In this document: positions 27,692 through 42,490 of the stretch, piece by piece
How the letters are laid out: each line of letters begins with the position of its first letter
Position numbering within the stretch: the first letter of the stretch is position 1
Assembly: GCA_003971905.1 (NCBI GenBank)
Contig: RSEE01000053.1
Coordinates: forward strand, 62,001 to 126,000
Reading direction: 5' to 3'
Source: Moniliella sp. 'wahieum'
Lineage: Eukaryota
DNA: 64,000 bases
Notes under the pieces: model-generated
Told to the model about the DNA's origin: nothing
The model's database searches: none
Seen by the model: only the letters and a program-made list of their open reading frames with translations
Program-made: the position numbers and the translations under genes

Positions 27692-29673
27692 ATGTCGCAC
27701 ATCTACCAGCACCGCTCCTCGTCCCCATCAGCGTCCCCCCCAACCCGCGCCACCAACGGCACCGCCTCCTCCCCGGCCCGCCCCCCCCTGCGCGACGACC
27801 GCGATGGCCGCCGCACCCCGCTGCCCCAGCCGCGGCCATGCCCCCCCCCCCTGTGCCCGGCCTCCGCCTGCGCCCACGCCCGCCGTCGTCGGCGCATGAG
27901 TGCCCCCCCGCGGTCTCTGCTGCGCTTACCGCCGCGCATGCTCGCCTGACCGACGTCTTTGGCACGATTCGCCAGGAATTCGACGTGCTCGGCCAGGACA
28001 ACGTCCTGCTGCGCTCCCGCGCGAAGAGATCGAGGGCCAGATGACATCCCAGGTGCAGGAGGTCAGGGCAATGCAGGCCCAAGTCACCGAGCTCGAGAAG
28101 CGACACGCCGAAATTGTCACCCAGTACGTTCCTCATCCCCTCCGTTTCGCACCTTGCACTTGCTTCCCCTCCTCTGCGGAGGACCTCCCCTCCGTACATC
28201 CATTCTGTACGTACTGTGCTCTACCCCTTCGCTCCCAAGGTACCGCGAAGAAATCAAGCGGCTGCGCATGCTGGTCGACCAACGGCCTGACAGTGCCCCC
28301 ATCCCTGTCGGGCCTGGCCAAAACCCATTTGGCCCCCCGATTTGAGAGAGTACCCTCGTCCCCGTTCCCCCCGCACCTCCCGCCTTCGGAACCGAGGGAC
28401 GCAGCGCGCCTTCCCCCCCGGAACCGAAGCGGCTACGCATGGCGGAGGGGTACCAGTGGGAGGCACCACCTGCGCCGTATCGCGAACCTGCCTCTGTGCC
28501 CTCGCCGCGGGGAAAAGAGGTACGCAGTGCAGAGGTACCGATGGTGACGCCGGTTCCTGTCTGCCAAGGAAGTGGCTCCTGCCAGTGCGACCGAGGCGAA
28601 CAAGGCGCTTGCCCACCTGTCCGACCTGGATCCGAGGTGCCAAAAGCGCTCAAGACGAAGGATCCGATTGGATTGCTATCTTTAACCCGCAGATGCCGCG
28701 GCGGATGAAGTTGAACTTGGTGCACAGCATGGTGCATGATTCGGTCGTGTGCTGCGTTCGCTTCTCTCTCGATGGCAAGTACGTTGCGACGGGTGCAACC
28801 GTTCTGCACAGATCTACGATACGGCGACGGTGCTCGGGTGGCCATCTTGGCTGAGGACGCGTCGGGGCCGAAGAAGATCTGTACATTCGGTCTGTGTGTT
28901 TCAGTCCGGATGGCAAGTACCTCGCTACGGGAGCCGAGGATCGGCAGGTGCGCATTTGGGACATTGCTTCGCGCACCATCAAGCATTTGCTTCAGGGTCA
29001 TGAGCAGGAGATTATTCGCTCGACTGGTCGTTGGACGGGAAGATCATTGCGTCGGGATCGGGGGACATGACGGTTCGGATATGGGATGTGGATACGGGCA
29101 CGTTGATGCACACGTTGACGATGGGCACTGTACCCAATTCCACCTCGGCCCCGAAGCTGGGGTGACAAGTGTGTCGATCAACTCGGATTCGCGCTGGTTG
29201 CGGGGTGCGCTGGACACGTACGTTCGCGTCTGGGACGCGCGTACGCGCAACAAGTGAATGTCTTGAAGGTCATACCGACTCGATCTATTCGGTCGCGTTT
29301 GGGCCGGACGGTTCGTCGCTCGTTTCGGGCTCGCTGGACAAGACGGTAAAGAAGTGGGATTTGAGCAGTACGTTGCGCGTGTCCAGGGCCGGCCAACGCA
29401 GGGAGATGGACCAACGGTAACCACCTTGGCGGACACAAGGATTATGTCCTGAGCGTCTCGTGCTCACCCGATGGTGTGGATTGCGTCGGGGAGCAAGGAC
29501 CGTGGTGTGATGTTCTGGGACCCAGACACGGCCGAAACTCAAGTCGTCTTGCAGGGACACAAGAACAGCGTGATTGCTATCCACCTCAGCCCGGCAGGCG
29601 GGTTGCTGGCCACGGATCGGGCGACTTTAATGCCCGCGTGTGGAGTTACGAGCAGTGGAGGCGTAAGGCGTAG
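27692..29673 (+). CDS. TUP1: General transcriptional corepressor Tup1 (Tup_N + WD40); intron 28124-28239; frameshifted
   Basis: MSHIYQHR start, [14 protein letters not shown] (Tup_N), [83 protein letters not shown]. Confidence 0.93.
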
Positions 29674-31608
29674 CCGGGAGCGGAGGAGGGGAAAAAGTGT
29701 ACTCTTTATTTCGATGGTCGCAGCACGCAAGGCGTAGCCCACGGTCGGGAGGGGATAGCAAGGTTAAAATAGCTTGTAGCTTTGGCACGATGCCTGCTCT
29801 GGGTGTACGTGTACTGGCCGTATGCAGTGGCCACTGTGCTGCAAGCCCGCAGACTTCTCGGCTGGCTTGGGGCCGTTCGTTGACATAGTCATTCCGCTCA
29901 TGATTGGATGGCAAGTGGAAGCCAGCTCTCGGCGTGGTTCGATGCGAAAGAAGAAGCATATATCTGATCCCACTGCAGCCCCCAGTCTGGGACCGAGCAT
30001 TCCTCTCCCCGTGTGCGGGATCCATCGTCGACCGGCCCGGAACCAGCCTGAACCAGGATGGATTGCGCAACCCCCGTCTTCCCAGCCGTGGCACTAGGCT
30101 ACTACTGCTTCATCGGTTGCATGGCCTTTGGCCACAACATAAGCTCTTCGCTACACGGATGAAGGCGAAAATGTAGTACATGGCCTGCACTGGCACCCGA
30201 ACAAGCGAAGAAGAAACATGAGTCTCATGACTGAGTCCCAGAAACTGCGTCGATCGTATTTGTCGTCCGTACCGGTGGGATGAAGAAAGGGGAAGACAAA
30301 GCTCTTCTTCGGCTTCCCAACAACCAACTTCACATCATATTAGCTGCCACACATGTATGTTCCTGCCCTACTAAATTCCTATTGTACAAAAAGCATATAT
30401 TGTCTTCCGTTATACTTTGCCGGGACCCATACACACGCCCACACGACTTCGGAAAACCCCACTCTCGCGATCATCTGAGACATCCTCTGCTAGTCCCTAC
30501 GTGTAACATGTAAAGAGTCGATCGCATCAGATGGATGGTCATTAATCATTGCCTTTGTCACCAAACCCGGTCCTCGTCTTGGACGCGCACCACGGGTAGC
30601 CAGTATGCATTACCATATGCATTACTAGCTATTACTGGATGATATCTGCCGGTACACGTTACTAGTACTGTTGGTATTGGCCCGCTTGCTCATTTGGATA
30701 TTTGCTTCGATCTACGGGCTGCTACGCGGTGTTTTACCTGAAGAGGATAAAGTGCGGTTTTGCTAGGAAATAGTAGCAGGCAGCAACTTACTTTTTTTGT
30801 ACAACTCGGCCCACTTTTGGATTTGTGGTGAGGGTCAGCCTGAGCGCTCAGCCTGAGCCTGAACGCTCCCCTCAGGCCGCATCACTCACCCTCTTCCTCT
30901 CGCTGCCGCCTCCGCGGTGATGCGAGGAAGGATAGCAAGTCTGTGCTGGTACTGGTGGAGATGAGAGGGACGGATTATGTGTCGCCACACGTTCAATAAG
31001 CTTAAACCCCCCAACCATGATTTCTTCTGTCTACTCGAGCCAGTCAAGACGGGTCTTCTGACCGTATTGGTGTATGCATTATGGCACTCCGACGGGAAAC
31101 CGGGTGGAAATTTGCGTCCCATTTTTTCGAATCGGGTATGATCAGCTCGTACTACGACATGCTTACCGGGCCAAGCAACTGAATGTCTACTAACTGATGC
31201 ATTCGGCCCCATATCCATTTCTCTTTCAAAGACCACATCATAGTTCCGAAGAGCCTTCCGTGCTTCTCACCCTCTCTTTTGCTTCTCCTAGGTTCGCGCA
31301 AGGTACCGGGGCGTTGTGCGCATGCTCTCACGGATGAAGTGTCCGTAATCTTTGGACACTCGTTTAATTGGATGGGTTGGCTGACAGGTGAGCTTGAACC
31401 TTCATAACTCTTGCTTCATGTTCTACGAGATGCATTGGCCTGAAGGGTTCGAGAGAGACTTGATGGTTGTTACAGCGCAGACACCAGATCGCAAAGCCGG
31501 CTAGATGACCGTCCAATCAACATTTCTCCTATCGTCCCAGACCAGACTAGCGTGACAATACAACAGACTTGTCCCAGCAGACGGCCTAACACGATATTCC
31601 ATTGCATC

Positions 31609-32620
31609 TCAAAACATCTCTTCCTCATCGACGGCTGCCTGCATTCGCAAAAGTCAGTGTCTGCGTCTACCTCGGAACCAATGGCACATACCCCCTCTTC
31701 GTCAGGGACAGCGAACCCCTCATCGGTGGCATACATGATATCCAGGAGTCGCTGGAGAATCTCTAGCTCCGTCTCAGTTGGAGGCGGGATATCTTCCACG
31801 TCGGGCTTGGCGTCCTTCATCCAAAGCTTGGGCATGCGTCTTGCTCGTCTCCAGCCGATCCGACACGATGATCTCCATTTGGCGAAGCTTGTCAAAATAA
31901 AAGTCACGCTCATGCTCAATCACCCCAATGCTCTCCCGCATCTCCTCCACCTCGGCGGTCAGTGCTTCCATAGCGGCAACATGCTCTTCATGCTTCTTTT
32001 GCGCTGCCAAGGAAATCGAGGTAGCTGGACGAGCGCGCACGGCACCCGCCGTCCTGGGGGCCGCACCACTTCGTGGAGGGGTGTTGGTGACGCTTACCCT
32101 TGCGGTCGGACGAGTGGTGGTAGTCGAAGGACGTACCCTGCGAGCATCCCCTACGGTCGCCTGACCATGCAGGGGTGGGGGCACCGCCGCCGCGCCATGC
32201 CGCCGCGCCTCGGCATCGTACTCTCCTCCGGGGTAGTTGGCGTCCCAGAATTTCTACGAGTAGAGAGAGTTAGGTGAGTTAGGTTCGGGACACGCTCCAC
32301 AATAGACAAATGAGAAGGACACACCTTGCTCCATTGCAGCCATTCGAGGTTATCCTGCATCTTGCACTTGGTAAGACGCTCCACGGGGATGGGCTTGTCA
32401 ATCTTGTTGCGCTTAAACACATTTTGAAGCACCTTGTAGTTGCCTAGAAACTCGTACTCCAGCTTGGCGGTCCAGTTGAGCTTACTCATGGGCACATTGC
32501 CATAGATGCTGTCGATGATCTGGGCATAGGCAGCACCGGTGCCGCACTGCTCGACCTTGGTGTAGCCAAGGCCCGCAGGTCGTTAAGCCAGGCAATGAGC
32601 TCGGTGCGCGACTCGCCCAT
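31609..32620 (-). CDS. BIM1: EB1-family microtubule plus-end protein (Bim1/Mal3/Peb1); introns 32254-32324 and 31639-31691; frameshifted
   Basis: MGESRTELIAWLND, NYKVLQNVF, KCKMQDNLEWLQW (CH domain), ERDFYFDKLR..E (EBH domain), spliced tail DEEEMF*. Confidence 0.92.
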
Positions 32621-35600
32621 GGCGGGGAAGGTGGTGAAGGTGGTGGTGTGCGCACGCATGCCTGACGTCGCGCTCGACGGAAACAAGGCCCCACCGGTTG
32701 GGCTGACTGCGCGCAGTCTTCCCCCCCACGGTAGCACAAGGGCAGTGTGCCAGGTGGAAAAACAACAACACGCTTTAGGGTTCTGTCGTTAAACGTTAAT
32801 TTAATAGCTGTCCAACGCGCCTGCACCTCGCCTCTCCGGCAATAAAGTAGGTCATTTAACCAGACCCATGCGGAAATTGCCCACAGGCGAAAGCGTTTTC
32901 GCGTTGATCACGTTGACTGACCACTGACGTTGAAACCTGGCACGTCCAGCGTCCAAGCAGCCGCTATTCCTTTGCCCCTGCAAGGTTTTCGTATTGTCCG
33001 ATCGTCTTCCGGGGAGAGGTTAGACCCCCGTACGACCTCTCATTTCACAAGTCAGACACGCAACAGGTATTATGCTCAGCGCGTCATATGCATCACGTGA
33101 ATCATGTTCCCACAACAGTGCACGTGTTCCACACGTTATTCCCCTCAGGCCTCAACCTTCACAATAGTATTACCTGCTACCACTTTTGTTGCCCCCTTTT
33201 GCAAGCATGCACGACGAACGCATTTAGGACGCAGCACAAGCGCTGTCGGGAGATGTGGGAGAAGAGCCGGAATGAACCTCTCAAGAAGCTTGACCATGCC
33301 GACGATCGCAATGTGGTCTAGCAAAAAAAACACCTTCAGCCACATTTGGCTCTACTCAATTCCATCAACCCCGCGCCTCCGGCTCATCGACAAGCAGGTG
33401 ATTGAGGTTGCTTATTCCCAGCTCCGCACGCTGGCCGCTCCACCCGCAACATGTGCAATACGGCGTCATGACCTCACTTGAGCACATCATGGCTTGCACC
33501 CGCACCAAGCACAAGGTAGTTCCGGAGCCCATTCTCCAGTTCCTGTGCTCCATCCCCGACACTTATATCCATCCCAACGAACCGACCTTGGAGAAAGAGG
33601 ATGGGACGAGGCGTGCGAAGAAGGCGATGCGTACGGACAAAAGGGTGATGGGGCCTGGTGCATTCGGAGGATCAGGAATGGAGGTGGACCGCACGTTGCG
33701 GGACTAATAGGGAACGCGGGAGATGCTATCTGCGTACCGGGGTGTGGTACACGAGAGCACCGCCATGCCTTTTCTTGGAATTCCATGCGAAAAAGAAGCT
33801 GCTTCTCGATTGTTGGATCAAGTAGAATGCAGCATGAACACCAAGTACCAGGGCCGCGCCCAAGAACCCTTCTTCCCTTTGGTTATGGTGCCGCGAAGAT
33901 ACTGATGCCACCAAGACAGCGAGCATTGAAGACGCTTGGGGGCTGAAAAAAAGTTAACTGTGAATTAGTCTCCAATGGAGATATGGTCCACCAGTCCTCA
34001 CCGACGTGAACGCTCATCGAATTTCCTACTGTACCACGCTCATGTATCCACGCGTTACCTCATCGGGATTGGAAACTGATAACAGGAGCCACACTGTCCT
34101 GATCTGCTATGGCGGTTCCTGTGCTTTCCTGAACGGGTCTGGCGCCAACACGACTTTTACAACTTAGCAACACGCGCCCGAGAGTGAGGAGAGGTCTGTA
34201 AGTGGGACCCACCCTGTAGTTTAATTAAGTGTATAAACCCTTGGACGGCCAATCGGAGCCACGTAGGTTAGGTTCCGCCTCAGATCCTGGTTGAACTGGG
34301 CGGGTGTAAGTAGAGGCGAGGGGAGACCCTCTAGTTTGGGTGGCTGCCTGCTTGCAAAGGCCGCAGGTCAGACCCTCCGAGGTAGGAGCTGCGTTGTAGG
34401 TCGTCAGACCACTGAAGGGGTCCAGGAGTTCCGGGGTAATGCGGTTTCCGGGTGGCTTTACCACACTCGACGCGCTGTAGCAGACGGAATCAGACAAAGT
34501 CGTAATGAAAAGCAAGCGCTACTGCGAGTCCTGGCAGAGGGGTCACATAAGTCGTAAATTCGTAAGGGTGGTAGAAGGTAGAATAGGTGCAACAACAGGA
34601 TACGATACGACAGGGTGAACAGGGGCAGGGACAGGCTGGTCGATAAGCGCCATGATAGCAAGCAGCCGATGAACGACAGGGATGCTTGTAGTGCATTGAC
34701 TAACTAAGCGTGAGCACAAGGGTCTCTCCCTGAGGAAGCACCAGAGGGCACTGTCTCGGCTAGAGGCCGGTACCAGAGGGCAGACCCGCTCGGCAAAAAT
34801 ACAATGACTAACTGCTCGGCTATAGAAGGACTATAACCATGCGCGAGCACAAGCGTACAGGTATCGCTCGGAGGGAGGGACCCGAGGAAGTGAATACCAA
34901 GCCTTTTGAGGGTTAATTGAATATTGACAAAGTGCATGGGCCGGAGAACTTTCCATGGAGAGGTAAAGACTATTAATACGCCCCGCCAGGGCTTTAAACT
35001 GACGCACCGCAGTCGGTCGCAACGGGGACAGGGTTCGGCCACGACCGGGCGCGACGGGAAGAAAGCATCGTTCCGATGAGCCCTTTTCCCATGACGGGCA
35101 GCGGAGGAGCAGTATGGATTTGTCCGCTGACTCTCTCGCTAGTAAAGAGGCGGGCTGTCGGAAGGGAACTCTGTGGGCGTGGAGCAACTAAGGCAGGGAT
35201 TGAAGAAGCACATTGTGTCGGGAGGATGCAATTGCCCGGGGAAGGCATACATCAGCTGGCGGGGAAAGAGCAGAGAATGGATGCGGCCCCCGGGCACAAA
35301 CAAATGGACACTGCACGCGTCCTGCTTGTGATGCCTGCCCTGTCCATCGACTGATGGGCTGATGCACTGATGGTGCTGATGGAGGTCCGTATAGTTTACG
35401 CGCAACGTTGCGACTGCATGTGGGGGTGGAAAAATCATGACGTATGCAATGGCACGTGTGACATGTGGCATGTGGCATGCAGGTTGGTGCGGTTGCCGCG
35501 TGGTTGTGCTGGTTATTAAGCGTACATTGAGCCCTTCGGGCAACAAGCCTATTACTATGTCCTTCAACCACCAACCACCATCCCCCCACCACCCCTCGTC

Positions 35601-35634
35601 TCTCCATCCATACCCTTCGGGATAGCAGAAGCGC

Positions 35635-37319
35635 ATGTCCAGTATCAACAGCAGCGCCACCTCGGCCGCTTTGCTGCCTGACAGCGACCTGTCTGAAGCA
35701 GAAGTCGTTGGTATCAACCATGCCATTGGGGCGATCCTTTCTGTGGTGTTTAACCTGGTTCTATTTGGCCTGTTTGCAAACCCGCTCCGCATATCTTTGG
35801 TGCGGGCACGTGCCAACTGGGCCCCACGTAGCCTCGCCCCTGCTGCCCCCCATCAGGACTTGCCGGCTGTACCCACTTCGGTCCTCCGTGTGCTCATCCG
35901 CACGTGGAACGCCGAGGGGACACGCGGGCTCCTACGCGGGGTGCGGTTGTGGACACTGCGCGCCTTACTCCTTGTCCTCTTCTGGAAATTAGTCGCTCAC
36001 CCTTCGCTCATGCGACACCGTGCCGATCTCGACTCCTCTTTCACCTCCCTAACTATGCCGAGTAACTTCACCAACCTCACCACGCACATTACCCCATCCG
36101 AGCTTGACGCCATCCTAGTGACACTCCCTTCCACATATTACCATGGTTTGATTCAAATGGCACCGGCCCAGTTAGTTCCATGCTGACTGCATCCCGAATC
36201 AACGAGACCCTCTGGCCCTATGCCGTGTCTGGAGAAGAGATTCCCAATGGTTCACGAGATCGGGTCCTATTCATGTGGTCGGCGTCCATGAAAATGAAGA
36301 TCCAAAAAGAAAGGGAACGATGGCATGTGCCATGCTTGTCGGATCATCTCTTCCGTTTCTTACTACGATGAGTGTGGCCGTTTTCAACTTGGCCTTGCTC
36401 CCAATCAGTATTATCGTGACGCGGTTCGTCTCCCTCTCCCTTCAACTGCCGCTGAGACTGACAAGTGATCACCAGCGCCTATCTCTCCACTCATGCCTTG
36501 CATGTTCGTACTCCATGGAAGAGCCTAAAGCTGCTACTAAGAGGAGGAACGCAAACGGCCCTATCTCCTCTGGACGTTGCCCGGGGCAGCGTCCGCGTGG
36601 GCGATACATGTTTTCTTTTCTCGTTTTTCGTGCCCTTGTTGAGCTACTGGTCGATGAACGGCGCTGAGGACTTTTTAGAGAAACATGTGGACAAATACGC
36701 GGACCTGCAACTCGTATTCCTGCAGAAGCTTGATGAGTTCTTCGGGAGTGAATCTGCCTGGTTCGAGCGTGCGCGGTTGTTCAGCAGCATTCGTTTGTTG
36801 CTGCTGTTGGTGATATTAAGGCTGACCAGTTGGTTATGCACTTTATGTCTTTTTGCTATCGTCTCGCCCTTGGAGACAGCGATGGTACGATTGGCGAGTC
36901 AGGGGGCCCCGGATCCGGAGAGGAGCCCCTGCAGATGCGTCGCATCGAAGGGGACGAAAGTGGAAGCGAGACGGAGTTTGACCTTACCACCGGCGTGGAA
37001 GGAGGCACTCCCGCTCCGCCCGGGCGTTGGGTACAAGGAGTGGCTGATCCGCCTGCCCCAAGGCGGTCGTGCTCCGTACTGCACGGCCCTACACTGGGCT
37101 GTGGAACTGCCTCGTTACTATGAGGCGGGAAGAGGGCTGGGGCAGTCTCTACCGTGGCTGGGGGCTAGTGTGGCTCATGCTTTGTGTCAATGGTGGCCGT
37201 CCCTCTTTCAGCCGTATCATATTTCCGACGTCCTGAGTCAAAATACCAGAACAGTGGAAACGACCTCTCTTTTCGACGCGCCATGCCCTCCTACGCGACT
37301 GATTCTCCGTCGATACTAA
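35635..37319 (+). CDS. Divergent mitochondrial-carrier-like membrane protein; intron ~36424-36475; frameshifted
   Basis: PLRISLVRARAN..VLIRTWNAEGTRGLLRG and PLETAMVRLASQ resemble degenerate carrier signatures (Px[DE]xx[KR] and EG..GL.[RK]G). Several hydrophobic segments. Confidence 0.5.
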
Positions 37320-38164
37320 AGAGAACTTCTAGGTGCACTTCCCCCGCTTCGGTGGGCAAGTCAAGTGTAACAAACGCTGGATCATTAACCTGTGGGTGGG
37401 CGGAGGAGCGTTTCCCCTGTTCCTGCCTATATACGAAAAGCTTCCTAAATGTACCAATGGTGGATTAGAGTATAGAGTAAAAGATGAGAGAGATGTTGAG
37501 TCGCCATGTAGGCGTGAAGTTCTCTTTTCTTGTTCCACTTTCCACACCTATATATCCTTCTCCTGGCCGTGGCTTCGCTCGGAGCCAACACAACCAATGA
37601 TAATCATCGCGCTCACTGTCTAGCCCTTCTTGCATCCCTATTCGCTGGCATCTCGATACCCAAAAAAGGATTGGGGCCTGTTAATTAAAAGCATTAAATC
37701 ATTTGCCGCCTCTCAGATCTCAACCTGACCCCCCACCCGACCGGCCTCAGGACCGGTTGAGTATAGCGAGGCGCTCAGCGAACTTCTGTACAGGCCCCGC
37801 GGCCGAGCCTGGTCGAACAGACTGAGGGAGGTCACATGGTCACAAGCCACTACAGGCCTCAGGCCCCTTAGGCCTTTGGCCCTCAGGCCTCAGGCTGAGG
37901 CCTCAGCCCTCAGCATCAGGCCGGCCGGCATCAAGCTTCAAGTCCATCAATGTGAAACATGTTCGCCCCCAGCAATTCTGCTCCGAGCACAGTCCAAGTG
38001 CGCCGCGGAAATCAACAGCCCACCGACCTAGTTCGCCGAGCAGAGTATATATACGCACAGACCACCTTATCCAGTAACTCGCCTCACATATGGTTCGTGC
38101 TCGTGCACAGGCCGCTCGGGACCTACTCTGCAATAACGCGTAACGCATACCAAATTGTTTTTGG

Positions 38165-38174
38165 TATAAATAAA
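38165..38174 (+). promoter_or_regulatory. TATA box upstream of enolase (second TATATATA at 38046-38053)
   Basis: TATAAATAAA about 90 nt upstream of the ATG at 38254, in GC-rich DNA. Confidence 0.5.
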
Positions 38175-38253
38175 GCACAGGATACTATGGGATGGAATGC
38201 ATCTGCCCGGTATCCATCTTTTCTTCAACTCCACCTCCATTCTATCCAGAATC

Positions 38254-39666
<1,413 letters not shown>

Positions 39667-40088
39667 GCAATGGCCCCACTGAATTTTTGTACCTCGTGTA
39701 TAAAGAAAGATTCGGATCCCCCCTCCCGTACATGCATCTATTCATGGATAGAATGCATCAACACTTTGCAGTCATATACTACACACTTGTTGATTCAGTG
39801 AAGGAGATAGTATGTCGGACAAAGAGGCAGCGGGATGGCTAAACGAAGATGTTAAAAGTAAAAGAATTGAATGGCCTCGGCTCGTCCAACCCGGCAAGCA
39901 ACGGAAGCTAATACATCTGACTGATGGGGATCATCGATCATCGATCCAGACCCTTACCCTTAGACGCATCTTCAGCGTTAAAGACGTTAAAGATCGAATT
40001 GAAGAGGATCGACATCCTGGAAGGGAGGCACCCCCCCGGATGCACGATTGGGTTATCGACTGCACATCAAGAGACAAAGGACCTTCGC

Positions 40089-41738
40089 TCAATACTTGAG
40101 CGAAGGGCACCTGGTCGGGCCATACGCCGTCTTACCTTGGGAGTCGAACACCCAAGTCGGTATACCAACGAGGAGGATACAAAACAGCATCGCTATCGCA
40201 TACGAAGCGAACGCGTATAGGACCGCCTTGCGGCGCGGGCGGGTATTATTCAGCTCCATCGTGAAGGGGAATGGTACTGAGACAAGCGCAAAAGCCCTCC
40301 TGCACCCCTACAGGGCCCCACCCAAGCGAAAAGCTGCTGGCGGGCGAGCGCCAGGGGGCGGAAGAATGGGCCATCTCACGTGTCCGGGCGGCGGGCGCAT
40401 GGAGGTCAATGTTGAGCGGTGTACACACCCGCCAGGACAGCGGTAGCTAGCACGTTGGCGATCAAGGTACCCAAGGGCCACGCGACCTTGCGGCGGAAGC
40501 GACGGTAGACGTACATGCGCCTCTCTCTCTTGGGGATCTTCTCCCCTGGCAAGAAATCAGAGGGGCGGGATGGGATTGTACCACACGCTCAACTGCCATC
40601 GGGTCCAAGCGCCGATGGGAGCAAAGAGTAAAGCCCAAGAAACGTGCCGCCAGCGAGGGTTGTCGTACAACGCTACCAGTAACCCCGAGCCGATCCAGAA
40701 CAAAGGTCCGATAACGACGGCAAGGACGGTGGTGGCCCGCGCCCACCAGTTATACACCCAGCTGACTTGAATGGTCCTTGGGCGGGTTAACTCCTTACCG
40801 ATCTCAGAGTCTTCGTCCTCTTGGCACGGTTCCTCAACGTGCGCGTTGGATTCCGGAGCGGTCAAGCTGCGATGGGTACTAGTCCTCGTCGGCTGCTGAT
40901 TTGGCAGGGCCGATGCGTTTTGGCTGAGGCTTGAACCAGATTCTTGGACAGCAGGATCGGTGCCTTTTCCTGTGTTCGTGTACAGACCCCTTTGATTAGG
41001 CAGTTCAATTAGTCGAGGGGTCTGATCAACGATATCGAGATGCGCCACTTTTTGAAGATGGGCGAGCGGGTTGCGCAAAGTACAAAGGATGTTGTGAAGG
41101 GAAAGCCATGTGCGTCCGGAGAGGATACCAATGTGGAGGCACATCAGCGAGACGACTGGTGTCAAGAAGAGCTGCGTCACGCCATCTACAAAGCTGAAAA
41201 AGCCCGAGCGGTGGTATAGGCCATGGTTGGAGAAGGCCAAAAAGTCTTGCAAGATCCACGTGGAAAAGGTGGTGACCGATCCACAAAAGCCAGTCGTGAT
41301 CGCCACATGCACCCCCAAGGTCGGAAGCTTCTTACCCGGGCGGCAACCATTGCCGAAAATGTCGACCTTGTCAGCACTGAGTTTGACAGCACGCGGAAGA
41401 TCTAGGACGTCCTTGTTGGCCGCCGCCCAGCCCATGATAAGGCACCCAACGGCTTGGGCCCACAACACGGGTTCCGCCAACGGCTGGCCATCGAAGCTGG
41501 CGACCGCATTGAGACCCTCGCGGGCGAGCGTGCCCCAGATAGCAGCGAAGGCGATCAGGGACGCCTGTGTCGCCGTGCTTAGGAACAAGCTCACTTTGCC
41601 CATCCGAGTTGGAGAAGCTGATGAGCGAGTGCTGCTGATGGATGTACACTTGAAGGTACCAAACGCTGGGCTCGATGGCGACGTGGCGACGATGGGGAAA
41701 CCTTTTTCAGCGCCGTGCGGTACGTGTTGAACTTTCAA
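40089..41738 (-). CDS. FEX1: Fluoride export protein FEX (two fused CrcB/Fluc domains); N-terminus probably extends further upstream; frameshifted
   Basis: Domain 1: FAAIWGTLAREGL..WAQAVGCLIMG..TTGFCGSVTTFSTW. Domain 2: LLFAPIGAWTRWQLS..WPLGTLIANV..EGFCACLST. Stop TGA at 40089-40091. Confidence 0.9.
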
Positions 41739-42420
41739 ACCAAGATGATCGAAGTCAGCGAGTCACACGATGCGTGATGCATGAGTCACCGAGCCACTGC
41801 AAACGAAGCTCCTGTGGCGACATGCGACATGTGACGTATGGACGATGGCTTGACCTACGCCTAGCGAGGCCCTGTGCGACGCTAACACTGTGGGCCGCTG
41901 TGCTGCCCGCGTGCCTGTGCGTTGCTTCTGTGCATGGCATCGCTTCTCCAAGTGTCTTCTCCATGACCGGCCTGACCTGAGCGGGGAGCGGATGACGGAC
42001 CAGCTTCCACTCCCTCCTCCCTTGAGTGCAACGTCCTCCTGAACGGTCACCCTCCTGATCAGCTCCCTAGTGTGGTAGGCAGCCGTCTTTGTTGTCTCGT
42101 CGGGTCCAGGGCTCTGTTTGAGTCAGTAGGGGGCCACCTGGATCTGATGGTCGATGGCGGGGCCAGTTGGTCGCGGCGCAATGTTCCCGTCGCCCGCCTA
42201 CAACCACCGGTGCTGAGCGCTGACCGGTGCGAGAGATCTGAGATCCCATTCGCCTCTGACAATCTCATCAAAGTTCGCAATGACCGACGGGGGGAGAGAT
42301 AGCGGGCCAAACCGGTGCTAAACCAAGGTAGGAACAGCCAAAGGGCCATTGGGGGGCGAGGGGACCCAACGCGCAGAGGAAAGGGCGAAAGGGCCGGGCT
42401 AAGCTCGGGATGTAGAACGA

Positions 42421-42452
42421 ATAGAGAGAGAAAAAAGAGAGAAAGAAAGAAG

Positions 42453-42483
<31 letters not shown>

Positions 42484-42490
42484 AAAAGAA
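42421..42490. repeat. Polypurine (AG/AAAG) tract between FEX and FKS1
   Basis: About 70 nt of almost pure A/G. Confidence 0.8.

Noticed and set aside
39812..40099. ORF with faint ubiquitin-like look (IQTLTL..VKDVKDRIEE)
   Set aside because: No GG terminus or rest of the fold; it sits in the convergent 3'-UTR zone of enolase and FEX.
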